Below, one piece after another: positions 22,014-31,140 of a DNA stretch of 58,596 nt. This DNA comes from a virus. Taxonomy: Duplodnaviria > Caudoviricetes. The translations under genes and the position numbers were made by a program. The stretch spans positions 1 to 58,596 of the IMG/VR virus record IMGVR_UViG_3300012942_000006; one strand, given 5' to 3'. The stretch's first letter is position 1. Every line of letters starts with the position of its first letter. The notes under the pieces are model-generated. The model was not told the origin of the DNA. It searched no databases and saw only the letters and a list, made by a program, of their open reading frames with translations.

Positions 22014-23322
22014 AGTCCAGAAGTGGGCCGACAAGCACATGTTCGAAGCAGAGAGATCTGTCGCTGCGGAAGGACCGAAGGCGTATCTTCTTGGCGCTCC
22101 AGTCGACCCTCTCGGGCAGATCGCAGCATGCGCGAAGATGTACAAGGGCGAGGTCGTGCGAGATCTGGCCGATGTCACCAACGAGGAGCGACAGGAGTAC
22201 CTGGAACAGATCCAGAAGACCGTCCTGAAGATGCCTCTGGAGGCGGTCTCGCTGCACTTCATGCTTGAGGGCGTTCATCGCGGAATCACGCACCAGATGG
22301 TCCGTCAGCGCACGGCAGCCTACGCCCAGGAGAGCACGAGATTCGCAGTCAAGCGTGACATGAAGGAGGCCACGGCGCTCCCGCCGAGCCTCGAGAACAC
22401 ACTTTCGCTGGACGATCTGGTCGCCAACGACCTCCTCAAGCGAGAGCTGGCCGGTCTGCATATTCCGAGCTTCGAGACTGTCGAAGACGCCATGGAGTGG
22501 AGCGATCAACATCGCAGCCAGGTCCGTCGTGAGGCGCTCGAGAAGGGCGGAGACCAAGCTCGACGCATCCGCTGGGACGAGATGGTCAACGCGATCTCAG
22601 AGGGCTACAACTGGCTCATCGACGACGGCATGCCGGCAGAGGAGGCTCGCGGCATCATGCCGACGAACATCACCACACGCCTCAACTACATCACGAACCT
22701 CAGGTCGTTCTTCGACACCATCGCAGTCCGAGTCTCAGACCAGGCACAGTTCGAATGGCGCAAGGTCGCCATGGCCTACGCACTCGCGATGCGCGAGTAC
22801 GGCGCAAAGAACAGCTATTGGACGACGATGAAGTTCTGGGAGTATCAGTCCTATCGCGACGAGACAGGGCAGTACGGACCGATCCTGCAGAGGATCTTCA
22901 TCGACGCCAAACACACGAATGAGCCGGACGTCAGGGTCCGCTTCTCTTCCGAGTGGCAGTATCGAGCGCTCACTGCGGAGATGAAGCCGATCGAGTTCAA
23001 GATCGGCGGTCCGGCGTTCGGCGCGAACTTCGACCGACCGTCACGCATCGGCGAACGAGTCAGAGCGTTCCACAGCAAGGGCGTCCCGTCGTCGCAGTGG
23101 ACCCAGGGATCAGTCGAGTACGGTATCCCGCCGATCCATCCGGACGAGTGGCTGCTCGACCCGAACAGCGCCAGACTCGAATCTGGAATGGAGTTCGACA
23201 TCTTTGGCAATCGTGTTCCGGCCGGCACCGGATGGCATTGGCAGGACGGACAGCTTGTTCGTCCTGATGGCCATGGCATGATCTGGCCGGAAGACTTCAA
23301 CAACAATGCAGAGGAGGTGTAA
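22000..23322 (+). CDS. thyX: ThyX-like flavin-dependent thymidylate synthase (divergent, extended)
   Basis: PLE.VSLHF, THQMVRQRTAAYAQESTRF, EEARGIMP, NLRS...R....AQFEWR. Confidence 0.8.
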   Translation: MSSTEVQKWADKHMFEAERSVAAEGPKAYLLGAPVDPLGQIAACAKMYKGEVVRDLADVTNEERQEYLEQIQKTVLKMPLEAVSLHFMLEGVHRGITHQMVRQRTAAYAQESTRFAVKRDMKEATALPPSLENTLSLDDLVANDLLKRELAGLHIPSFETVEDAMEWSDQHRSQVRREALEKGGDQARRIRWDEMVNAISEGYNWLIDDGMPAEEARGIMPTNITTRLNYITNLRSFFDTIAVRVSDQAQFEWRKVAMAYALAMREYGAKNSYWTTMKFWEYQSYRDETGQYGPILQRIFIDAKHTNEPDVRVRFSSEWQYRALTAEMKPIEFKIGGPAFGANFDRPSRIGERVRAFHSKGVPSSQWTQGSVEYGIPPIHPDEWLLDPNSARLESGMEFDIFGNRVPAGTGWHWQDGQLVRPDGHGMIWPEDFNNNAEEV

Positions 23323-23324
23323 TT

Positions 23325-23702
23325 ATGAGCAACATCAACTACAACCAGCCCGTTGCGTCGTTGCCGCAGCAGGACTACAATGGGCACACGCCTCAGTTTC
23401 TACCGCAGATGCAGAATCCTGTAGCCCAGGTCGACCGTAACGCAGAAGACCTGCGTTGGTATCGCTGGCTGGAGACTGGAGTGAACGCGAAGCAACTGTC
23501 AACCGCGTACATCTTCCTGTTCTTCTTCGGCGTGCTGGGCGTTCACCGCTTCTATCTGCGGCAGACCGGGCTCGGGCTACTGTGGCTGTTCACTGGCGGA
23601 TGCCTAGGAGTCGGCGTGTTTGTAGACCTGTTCATCCTCAAGGGAATGGTCAGGACCGCGAACATCAAGGAGTGGCAGAAGCAATACGGAGGTCTCCGAT
23701 GA
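23325..23702 (+). CDS. TM2-domain membrane protein
   Basis: AYIFLFFFGVLGVHRFYL..TGLGLLWLFTGG. Confidence 0.9.
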   Translation: MSNINYNQPVASLPQQDYNGHTPQFLPQMQNPVAQVDRNAEDLRWYRWLETGVNAKQLSTAYIFLFFFGVLGVHRFYLRQTGLGLLWLFTGGCLGVGVFVDLFILKGMVRTANIKEWQKQYGGLR

Positions 23703-23796
23703 AGGTCGTAACCAACATCGTCGGGGCGACCATCGCCATCTGTCTGGCGGCGCTCATGGTCGCAGGAGTGGCTCGTCTGATCGTCTGGATGTTCTC

Positions 23797-24186
23797 ATGA
23801 GCACTCCGTCGCTGTCAGGTTGGTTCACGGGATGGGTTGTAGAGCTGACTGGAGACTTCTTTGTCTTCCCCGCTCTGCTTGTCGGAGAGATGGAGGACAT
23901 AGAGGATGACGAGCCCAGTTATGAGCTTCCCGGCCCAGACATCACGTGGAGAGACACGTCCATCGCCCGGTCCAAGCTTCCCGGCGCGGACGAAGAGGGT
24001 GCCTGGGCTGGTATCTCGCTCACTCTGTCGACTCTGTCAGAGATCATTGGTGGTCGACGTAAGGCCATTCAGTACAACAACTGGCATAAAGATGCCAAGG
24101 GTCGCGACAACGGGATTGCCTCTCGTGAGTACGACTTCGTATTCGTTCCCGGCAACACAGGATTCCAAGGAGGAGACAGGCTATGA
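23797..24186 (+). CDS. hypothetical protein
   Basis: ORF track; coupled to neighbours. Confidence 0.65.
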   Translation: MSTPSLSGWFTGWVVELTGDFFVFPALLVGEMEDIEDDEPSYELPGPDITWRDTSIARSKLPGADEEGAWAGISLTLSTLSEIIGGRRKAIQYNNWHKDAKGRDNGIASREYDFVFVPGNTGFQGGDRL

Positions 24187-24515
24187 GCAAGACGCTGGAG
24201 GACATACGTTCCTCTACAATCAGCATTGCTGACGAGGTCGTTGGCAAGCGGCATGCTGCGCATCAGAAGCACGGCGCCAATTCGATCGAGAGCATCGCCG
24301 GAACAGACCCCTTCTGGCTCGCAATCCTCGGCGAGGAGTTTGGCGATGTAGCCCACGAGCTGACCTACGACGCCAACGCGACCCTCGGAGAGCAGCTGAA
24401 CGGAGTACGTCGAGAACTTCTCGACACCGCAGCCGTGGCCATCGCGTGGATCGCTGCGATCGACGAGACGCTGGGGTCCGAACCCTTCCAGCCTGACTTC
24501 GGGAAGGAGATCTGA
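24183..24515 (+). CDS. MazG-like nucleotide pyrophosphohydrolase
   Basis: LAILGEEFGDVA...RRELLDTAAVAIAW. Confidence 0.75.
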   Translation: MSKTLEDIRSSTISIADEVVGKRHAAHQKHGANSIESIAGTDPFWLAILGEEFGDVAHELTYDANATLGEQLNGVRRELLDTAAVAIAWIAAIDETLGSEPFQPDFGKEI

Positions 24516-24895
24516 TGTCTGAGTTCAAGGCCGATCCGGACAAGACTCTTTCCGAGAATGTCTTCCTAGCGCTCGGAGCCGCCTCAGCGTGCTGGGAGAA
24601 TCTGCCTGGCGCGGGAGTGTTCGAGGACGATCGCACGAAGGCGATCGGCGATGAGTTGCTTGAGTATCTCCTCAGCGTCATCGAAGACAAGTACACCGCG
24701 ATTCAGGAGCTTGATGCTCGGAGGCAGGAGCAGATCCGGCTCCAGCGAGACATGCTCACTCTTTCGCAGCAGAAGCTGATGCGCGTTCTTGAGATCGTCC
24801 AGCATATCTACGAGTCGGGACAGCTTGATCGCTTCGGCGAGATCGGCAAGGTGGTCAACGCTACGGCAGAGGAGGTCGCGTCGTGGCCAAGATGA
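24515..24895 (+). CDS. hypothetical protein
   Basis: ORF track; LGAASACWE...GVF motif. Confidence 0.7.
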   Translation: MSEFKADPDKTLSENVFLALGAASACWENLPGAGVFEDDRTKAIGDELLEYLLSVIEDKYTAIQELDARRQEQIRLQRDMLTLSQQKLMRVLEIVQHIYESGQLDRFGEIGKVVNATAEEVASWPR

Positions 24896-25119
24896 ATCGC
24901 TGGATACGCGTTCACTCAAAGACCTCTGGTCGCAAGATACTTGTCCGAACCGACCAGATCGACTTGGTTGTCGAGAAGAATACAGCTGGGCATTACAACA
25001 CCAATGGTGTCTGGGTTGGAGAGTACAGGGGAAGCGAGATCGTCCTGCGCTCTGGCGAGCGTGGAGAGTGTCAAGAGAGTCCGAGCCTCGTTCTGCAACT
25101 GATCCAGGGCAGGGCATGA
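24883..25119 (+). CDS. hypothetical protein
   Basis: ORF track; SD GAGGAGG. Confidence 0.65.
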   Translation: MAKMNRWIRVHSKTSGRKILVRTDQIDLVVEKNTAGHYNTNGVWVGEYRGSEIVLRSGERGECQESPSLVLQLIQGRA

Positions 25120-25442
25120 TTGCCGCGCTCACAGGGATGGCGCTCTGCGTGATAGGGATCGCTTGCGCATCAGCTGGCCTGGCGATTGAGGTCCGAGGCC
25201 GCGTAACGGCGCGTAGGGCTCGCGCTGTGGCCGTTCATCGCGTGACACAGAAGGCAGCGCTCCGGTCTGAGATCGCGGCAGCCGTCCGCGCTCGGAACTT
25301 CCGTCACAACGCACATTGCCCAACGTGTGGCAGATTCGCTCGTCGTCTCGATGAGAACATCACGCACTGTGCCCGACACGGGATTGTCGTCCGAGCAGCC
25401 ACCGGACCGATCCCAATCATCTTGGTTGCGAGGGCTGCATAA
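25116..25442 (+). CDS. membrane-anchored protein with Zn-ribbon-like motif
   Basis: N-terminal transmembrane helix; CPTC...CARH. Confidence 0.6.
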   Translation: MIAALTGMALCVIGIACASAGLAIEVRGRVTARRARAVAVHRVTQKAALRSEIAAAVRARNFRHNAHCPTCGRFARRLDENITHCARHGIVVRAATGPIPIILVARAA

Positions 25443-26092
25443 TGGGAAATATCGGTCGCCTTGCGGCGCGGAAGGGGAAGGCAAGGTTGCCGAAGATAAC
25501 AGTCCTCGACTCAGAGGACCGCTGGAGCCACATGGCCGAGGACGAGTATCTCTGGTGGCCGAGGGTGCAGTGGATCGATCCTGGAGTTGTCTCGGGTGTG
25601 GCCGTGGTGTGGTTTGATCCCATCGCAGTCTTCTCGGGGCAGATCATGGCCAAATGCATTCTGGCGTACACAGAGCAGTTTCTGTCTGGCCCAGAGAACG
25701 GACCCAACGGACAGATCAACCGTTTCCTGCGGATGCGCAGAGCTCTGTCGGGGCATCCCGGTCTCGCTATCGGATGCGAGTCGTTCACAATTCGACAGTT
25801 CAATCAGGACTGGGAGTTTCTGGCTCCTGTCAGGATCAGGGCAGGACTGGAGGCGAGACTCTCAATGATGGACTCGCAACCGGAGCTTCATCTCCAGGCG
25901 CCAAACGACGCCATGTCCACCTACACCAACGACCGTTTGCAAGCTTTGCGAATGTACACTCCTGGCCCCGACCACGTCAACGATGCGAAGCGACACTGCC
26001 TGCTCTGGATCCGCCGTTTGCGTTCGGCCGGGAAGGAGTTCTTCATCAGGTCGCACGGTGAAGAGTCGGGATGGTGGGAGTCGGAGCAATGA
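25442..26092 (+). CDS. RuvC-like Holliday junction resolvase
   Basis: IDPGVVSG, IGCESF, HVNDAKRH. Confidence 0.8.
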   Translation: MGNIGRLAARKGKARLPKITVLDSEDRWSHMAEDEYLWWPRVQWIDPGVVSGVAVVWFDPIAVFSGQIMAKCILAYTEQFLSGPENGPNGQINRFLRMRRALSGHPGLAIGCESFTIRQFNQDWEFLAPVRIRAGLEARLSMMDSQPELHLQAPNDAMSTYTNDRLQALRMYTPGPDHVNDAKRHCLLWIRRLRSAGKEFFIRSHGEESGWWESEQ

Positions 26093-26445
26093 AACGCTTC
26101 TATAGGATCCAGATCACTGCGGAATCGACGACATCTCCAGCTCCGCTTGCAAAGGATGTCACGGCGATCATCGAGATGGCTCTGTCTGACTTCGGCATCC
26201 AGCTGCGCTCGCAGAACGCGGCGTCGATAGAGATGGACGATGACGAATGAGCCACAAGCGAAAGATCAAAGCTCGCGTCGCAGACAAGAATGCGCAATGC
26301 AAGGCTGCGCACTTCGGCACAGAGCGAGAGGCAAAGGCGATGCAGATTATGATCGCCGATCACGGCCAGCGCTCAACACGGCAATGGTCCAACAGGTGTC
26401 GTTCGTGGCACGTCTACAGATATAACTAACTCGGGAGGTTAAACA

Positions 26446-26844
26446 ATGGACACAGACGAGATGCTGCAGAGGCTGTTTATTCTGAACGACAAGGTCGTCG
26501 CTGAAGGGCCGGAGGCTTTAGACGAAGATGATAAAGCCTTCCTGGATGCGGTTCTGAAGACAATCCAGCCTATGCTCGAGAAGCTGGTTGAGGCCGTATC
26601 TGAACTGGCGAAGGAGTTCGTCGCTGCGCTGATGTCGGCGTACAACTCGCTGCCGCCGGAGACTCGTGCTGCGATCATCGCGATGCAGACAGAGTCTCCT
26701 GTCGAAGCGCAGTCGATCTCGAGCCCAATGGGCGGTCGGATCCTCGATGCCAACTCGTTCCACGACCACGTCAGCATCGAAGTCGCGAATCTGGTAGATA
26801 TGCCTAGCCAGGTCGAGAGGATGGAACAACGATGGAGGTCGTAG
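26446..26844 (+). CDS. hypothetical protein
   Basis: SD GGAGG; ORF track. Confidence 0.7.
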   Translation: MDTDEMLQRLFILNDKVVAEGPEALDEDDKAFLDAVLKTIQPMLEKLVEAVSELAKEFVAALMSAYNSLPPETRAAIIAMQTESPVEAQSISSPMGGRILDANSFHDHVSIEVANLVDMPSQVERMEQRWRS

Positions 26845-27066
26845 TCGTCGCTGGAGCAGTCATCATAGCCATGGCTATTGTAGCCGGCATCTTCCTTCTC
26901 ACGGATCGGGTCGAGAAGAAGTGATGGAGAACGGAACAGACTATGTCCGACAGCTTGAGAAGGAGAATGTGGAGCTCAAGGCAGCGCTCCGTCGTCTCCG
27001 CGCAGAAGACCGAGACCGCGCTCGACAGCTGGAAGAAGTAGCACGACAGCTTATGAGAAAGGGGCA

Positions 27067-27738
27067 ATGATGAGTGACCTAGACGAAGCCGCTGACCGGC
27101 TTGAGGCTGCGCTCGACCCGGATAAGCGGGGTGGGTGGACACGTCTCATGGATGCAGGGCATGGAGAGCCCAGCGAGGTCGAAGACTTGCGCACGGTGAT
27201 CGCCGGTGCACGCGAGACCGAGCGTCTGCGTACCGAACTGGCCGAAGCACAAGCAAATCACCGCTACGAGGTCGGGCAGAAGCTCAAGCTGGCGGATGAT
27301 CTGGTCGCAGCACGAGCCGAGATAGAACGTCGCCCCGAGCCCGCGTTCCGCGATGCACTGATTGCCGATCGCAACAAGGCCGAGGATGAGCGTAATGCCC
27401 TGGCCGCCGAACTGGCCGAAGCGCAACGTCAGCTTGACGGCGTACAGCGTGAATGGGCGCACCGAGGGACGAGGCTTCGAACAGTTGCGAATGAGCGTGA
27501 TGCTCTGGCCGCGAGTGTTCGAGAGCTTGACGAGTATGTCGCCGTGTTCCGTGCTGCATGGCGTGAGGGTCGGGAGGGTGACCGGGTGCGCTCCGGACTC
27601 AGAGCCGTCTCTCGCGCCATTCTGGATGCTGCACCCGAACCCGAAAGCGGCGGCTTCTGTTGCTCAGACTGTGAGTCCGGTGGCGGATGCTGCTACGCGG
27701 ACTGCCCTTGCCACAGCGAGCCCGAAAGCGGTGAATGA
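27067..27738 (+). CDS. coiled-coil mosaic protein with Cys-rich C-terminal tip
   Basis: Repeats ELAEAQ and ER(N/D)ALAA; tail CCSDC...CC...CPCH. Confidence 0.7.
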   Translation: MMSDLDEAADRLEAALDPDKRGGWTRLMDAGHGEPSEVEDLRTVIAGARETERLRTELAEAQANHRYEVGQKLKLADDLVAARAEIERRPEPAFRDALIADRNKAEDERNALAAELAEAQRQLDGVQREWAHRGTRLRTVANERDALAASVRELDEYVAVFRAAWREGREGDRVRSGLRAVSRAILDAAPEPESGGFCCSDCESGGGCCYADCPCHSEPESGE

Positions 27739-28166
27739 TGGCCGAGATGGCTGATGGGATGTATGGTCCGCTGACGGCTTACTCGATCGCGAAGTTCAGA
27801 TGGGCGCAAGCATTACGGTCGCAGCATCCAGCGTGGAGCGAGGCAGACTTCGCCTACGCCAAACTGAAGTGGGAGCGGGAGCATCCGTATGCCGACTTCG
27901 CCTATGCGATCGTATCTCTCGGCTACAGCATCGACTCGGCCACTGAGTATGCATCTCTGCGCTGGGAGAGTCGCATTCACATCTCTCAGGCTGACCTCCG
28001 CGCTCCAGCCTACGACGCCTACACGCATCTGCAGTCCGCCGCGGAGGACATAGCAGAGTGGTCGCGGCAGCATCCGTTCTCAGTGTTCTGCGTCGTCTAC
28101 AATCTCGGTCACTCCGCCGAGATCGCAGCGCGCGCCGCCGCTGACGTCCTGGGCATGGAGATGTAG
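27735..28166 (+). CDS. hypothetical protein with internal repeats
   Basis: (Q/E)HP three times; ADFAYA twice. Confidence 0.6.
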   Translation: MMAEMADGMYGPLTAYSIAKFRWAQALRSQHPAWSEADFAYAKLKWEREHPYADFAYAIVSLGYSIDSATEYASLRWESRIHISQADLRAPAYDAYTHLQSAAEDIAEWSRQHPFSVFCVVYNLGHSAEIAARAAADVLGMEM

Positions 28167-28168
28167 CG

Positions 28169-28309
28169 GTGCCCGAGTGCCCTTCCTGCGGCAGCGCCAG
28201 CGTCTTTCTGCAGGCCACGACAGTCAACAGCTTCGGTTTACTCATCTGGGACTTCTGGGTGTGTGATAACTGCGGCAAGCAATTCCGAAAGGTCCACAAA
28301 AACCAATGA
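28169..28309 (+). CDS. Zn-ribbon microprotein
   Basis: Manual ORF: CPSCG...CDNCG. Confidence 0.6.
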   Translation: MPECPSCGSASVFLQATTVNSFGLLIWDFWVCDNCGKQFRKVHKNQ

Positions 28310-28428
28310 GATGCCCCAACTGTGACAACCCCGTCATGGCCGAGATTCCTGTCGAAAACAGCGCAGGTGTGGAAGTCGGCGTGGAGTACTTCTGTGTGGA
28401 GTGCGAGTGGTCGGAGCCTGCCCGTTGA
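28306..28428 (+). CDS. Zn-ribbon microprotein
   Basis: Manual ORF: MRCPNCD...CVECEW; ATGA overlap. Confidence 0.6.
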   Translation: MRCPNCDNPVMAEIPVENSAGVEVGVEYFCVECEWSEPAR

Positions 28429-28805
28429 GCTCTCCTGATCCTTTCAGAGACCCTCTGGGCGAGTGCTCCTCTTGTGGACGTCCCACCTACCGCAACTGGG
28501 TCCGTAAGAGAGATTGGCTCGGAGATCCGAACGCCCGTGCTCGCAGCGCTGGAGGGATGTGCTCAGAGTGCTACAGAGCCTGGCGCAAAGACAATCCCTC
28601 CGCGAGCGTGCGTGATCTCCAGTTCAAGTCCTCCCCGTCCGGCGTGCGTCTTCAGCGTCGAAACTCCTTCATTTCTCCAGTGGAGAGTGTGTCTTTCGAG
28701 CCTCCAACGCCGGAGCAGATCTCCGTTCTCGTCGCAGCGCGTCGCCGATATCCAGTGCAGGAAACTCGTCTTCTGGGTCGAATTCTCGGCATCCCGGGCT
28801 GTTAG
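28425..28805 (+). CDS. Zn-binding hypothetical protein
   Basis: CSSCG...CSECY; TTGA overlap. Confidence 0.55.
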   Translation: MSSPDPFRDPLGECSSCGRPTYRNWVRKRDWLGDPNARARSAGGMCSECYRAWRKDNPSASVRDLQFKSSPSGVRLQRRNSFISPVESVSFEPPTPEQISVLVAARRRYPVQETRLLGRILGIPGC

Positions 28806-29019
28806 AGTGTGTGCAGAGTGTGTGCAGAGTCTGTGTTTATTGTGGGCCGTCTCCCTCGCACCCACTCATTCTGTCGGCGGGGCTGTCCCTCATTCGCGGG
28901 GCGCTCGCGCGGGTCACGTGCGGCAAAGTCGGTTGCTCGTGCTCGGCAAAAACCGCGTAATTACTGAGGAGTTGCGTCGAAAATAGCCGAACCGACGGTC
29001 GCCGGGGATCTCTCTTAGA

Positions 29020-29265
29020 GAAAACTCATCTCCCTCATTCGCACAATATTGAGGTCAGTTGGGGTCAATATTGTGTGCGAATGAGGGCGGCCCTCAGGGA
29101 ATATTGTGTGTAATGAGGCAAATATTGTGGGGATTGTGGCGTGTGTTGCGCATGGGCAGGTCGGCGGAGGTCGTTCGGCTCGGCGATCAGTCGGGAGGCC
29201 CGGAGTAGGGGATAGGACAGTAACTGAGAGAGATGAGATAGAGAGTTAGAGAGGAGAATGTATAG
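29020..29265. repeat. iteron-like non-coding element, copy 2, with a large inverted repeat
   Basis: CCCTCATTCGCACAATATTGA / TCAATATTGTGTGCGAATGAGGG; blocks shared with 6565..6812. Confidence 0.75.
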
Positions 29266-29337
29266 AAGGAGTTTTTGCGCGAAGGCGAGTCTGTGTTGTT
29301 TAATCCAAATTTCGCATGCAGACCGTAGAATTGGGGT

Positions 29338-29625
29338 ATGGCGAAAAACAACTTGAGTTCTGCATCCACCTACGAGCAAATGTTCCGTACGCGGCACCGG
29401 CGTAGCGGTCGGCCTGTCAGGTCGGATGACGAGCCGCTGTTCGGCGGAGTCGACGTGGAGCCGGTACTGCGGCGCGTGGCCGAGCGGAGGGCGTATGCCG
29501 TCGTACACGAGGAACAGCGGGCACGGCTGCGGGAGGTGTTCGAGGGAGAGTTGAAGGTGCTGCGACGGCGCGGCGTGGAAGAGGTGGCTCGTGACTCGGG
29601 CATCTCGCTCGAATCGAAGGAGTGA
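29338..29625 (+). CDS. hypothetical protein (probably leaderless)
   Basis: TAGAAT 6 nt before the ATG; no SD. Confidence 0.55.
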   Translation: MAKNNLSSASTYEQMFRTRHRRSGRPVRSDDEPLFGGVDVEPVLRRVAERRAYAVVHEEQRARLREVFEGELKVLRRRGVEEVARDSGISLESKE

Positions 29626-29628
29626 ACA

Positions 29629-29925
29629 ATGGTGCGGTCGAAGGCTCACAGCGAGTTCGGCGGAGGTCCCGGCTCTCCGCAACGTCGTCCGGACGGTAGC
29701 TCGATTCCACTCACTCCGGGGGATCGCCGTCGCATCACGGCCATGGCGATGAAGCGGGACATGCCTTCCATGACGACTCCGCGTGTCGTGCAGAAGACGG
29801 ACGGAGTCGGAACGCGGAGCGCCGGAGACTTTGAGCCGGACGTGCGGGCAATCGCAGAGATGAAAGACAAGACCAACGGATACTCTGCAGAGATGAGCGG
29901 TGACGACTTCGGAGAGACACAATGA
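29629..29925 (+). CDS. hypothetical protein
   Basis: SD AAGGAG; ORF track. Confidence 0.65.
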   Translation: MVRSKAHSEFGGGPGSPQRRPDGSSIPLTPGDRRRITAMAMKRDMPSMTTPRVVQKTDGVGTRSAGDFEPDVRAIAEMKDKTNGYSAEMSGDDFGETQ

Positions 29926-30353
29926 TCTTCGGTCGGCCGCGTGGCGCTGGACCTCAGACGGTTATGGAGCGTGCACTGGAGAATCTCGTTATCAAGTCGG
30001 CTGTGATCGGACGAGAGGTTGTTGCTCTGACCTGGGCCGATGGGCACGTGGAGGAGCTGTCGAACACGGCTGATATTGCTGTGGCTCGTGTCCGGTTCGA
30101 CATCGACGGAACAGAGGTGCACTTTGCCCTGTTACGGAACAAGGAGCGTGGTAGGCCGGTCATGCTCTGGCACACGCACTTCGGTGGTGTCGAGCCGAGC
30201 GAACTCGATATCGAGGCATTCCCGACATGGCTGGTCGAGACAGGGTGTATCCACCACGTCCCTACTGGCACTCTTACATACTACAACCACGATGGAGTTC
30301 GTTTGTCCACTTCAGGACTTATCGATACTCCCCTCGCGACACAGGAGATCTGA
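29922..30353 (+). CDS. JAB/MPN-like metalloprotease
   Basis: WHTHFGGVEPSELD (HxH...SxxD) with upstream REVVAL glutamate. Confidence 0.7.
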   Translation: MIFGRPRGAGPQTVMERALENLVIKSAVIGREVVALTWADGHVEELSNTADIAVARVRFDIDGTEVHFALLRNKERGRPVMLWHTHFGGVEPSELDIEAFPTWLVETGCIHHVPTGTLTYYNHDGVRLSTSGLIDTPLATQEI

Positions 30354-30847
30354 TGGGCAAGCTCGTCCCTCGTACTGACGCGCAGCGACGTGCTGCAGAG
30401 CGCAAGCACAAGCCTCAGCGCATCACAGTGAACAACCGATACCAGCAGTTCATGGACGGCACAATCACGATCGACGATCTCGACGAGGAAGAGATCATGC
30501 GCGGTCAACTGAGGAATGCCAAGGGTGACTTCTCTGGCAGACCGCCGATGTACGTTCCGCGCAAGTTCGCTACGGCTCTCGCCACCAAGCAGAAGGAGCT
30601 CATCCAGGCTGAGATGGCCTCGCTCGTGCTCCCGGCGCTCAGGACGCTCATCGAGGTCATGAACAAGCCGCATCCTCAGCCCGGTGACAACGCCAAGGTG
30701 CAAGCTGCAAAGCTTGTCCTGGAGCGCAACCTTGGCAAGGTGCCCGAGACGGTCGAGCTCAAGGCCGAGATCAAGAGCTGGGAACAGAAGTTCGAGACGC
30801 GAATCAAGAAGGTGTATCGTGAAACTCCAGGCGAGACTGAATCCTGA
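30353..30847 (+). CDS. putative terminase small subunit
   Basis: Helical 164-aa protein upstream of terL; AKVQAAKLVLER.LGK motif. Confidence 0.6.
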   Translation: MGKLVPRTDAQRRAAERKHKPQRITVNNRYQQFMDGTITIDDLDEEEIMRGQLRNAKGDFSGRPPMYVPRKFATALATKQKELIQAEMASLVLPALRTLIEVMNKPHPQPGDNAKVQAAKLVLERNLGKVPETVELKAEIKSWEQKFETRIKKVYRETPGETES

Positions 30848-31040
30848 CGGTGTGCCCGATGTGCACATCTTCTTCGAGGGCGACATGGAGTCGAGCGAGG
30901 CGATGCTGATCGTCGAGGCCCAAGGGCTCGATCAGCAGGAGCTGGCTGGTACTCTGCTCGACGTAGCTCGGACGCTCGGCGCTGCGTCGCCCCGCCCTGC
31001 GACGCCCCGCTTCAACCCGCAGCCGAGAGGACGCCGGTGA
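30819..31040 (+). CDS. hypothetical protein
   Basis: GTG start VKLQARLNPDG...; ORF track frame. Confidence 0.5.
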   Translation: MKLQARLNPDGVPDVHIFFEGDMESSEAMLIVEAQGLDQQELAGTLLDVARTLGAASPRPATPRFNPQPRGRR

Positions 31041-31140
31041 AGCGACTCCTCGTGCTCTGGCGGAACAGCCGTCGCCAGGCCAAGCACCTTGCACAGAGGC
31101 AGATACCCCAACCCATGCGGCACTGGAACGGACGGAAACG

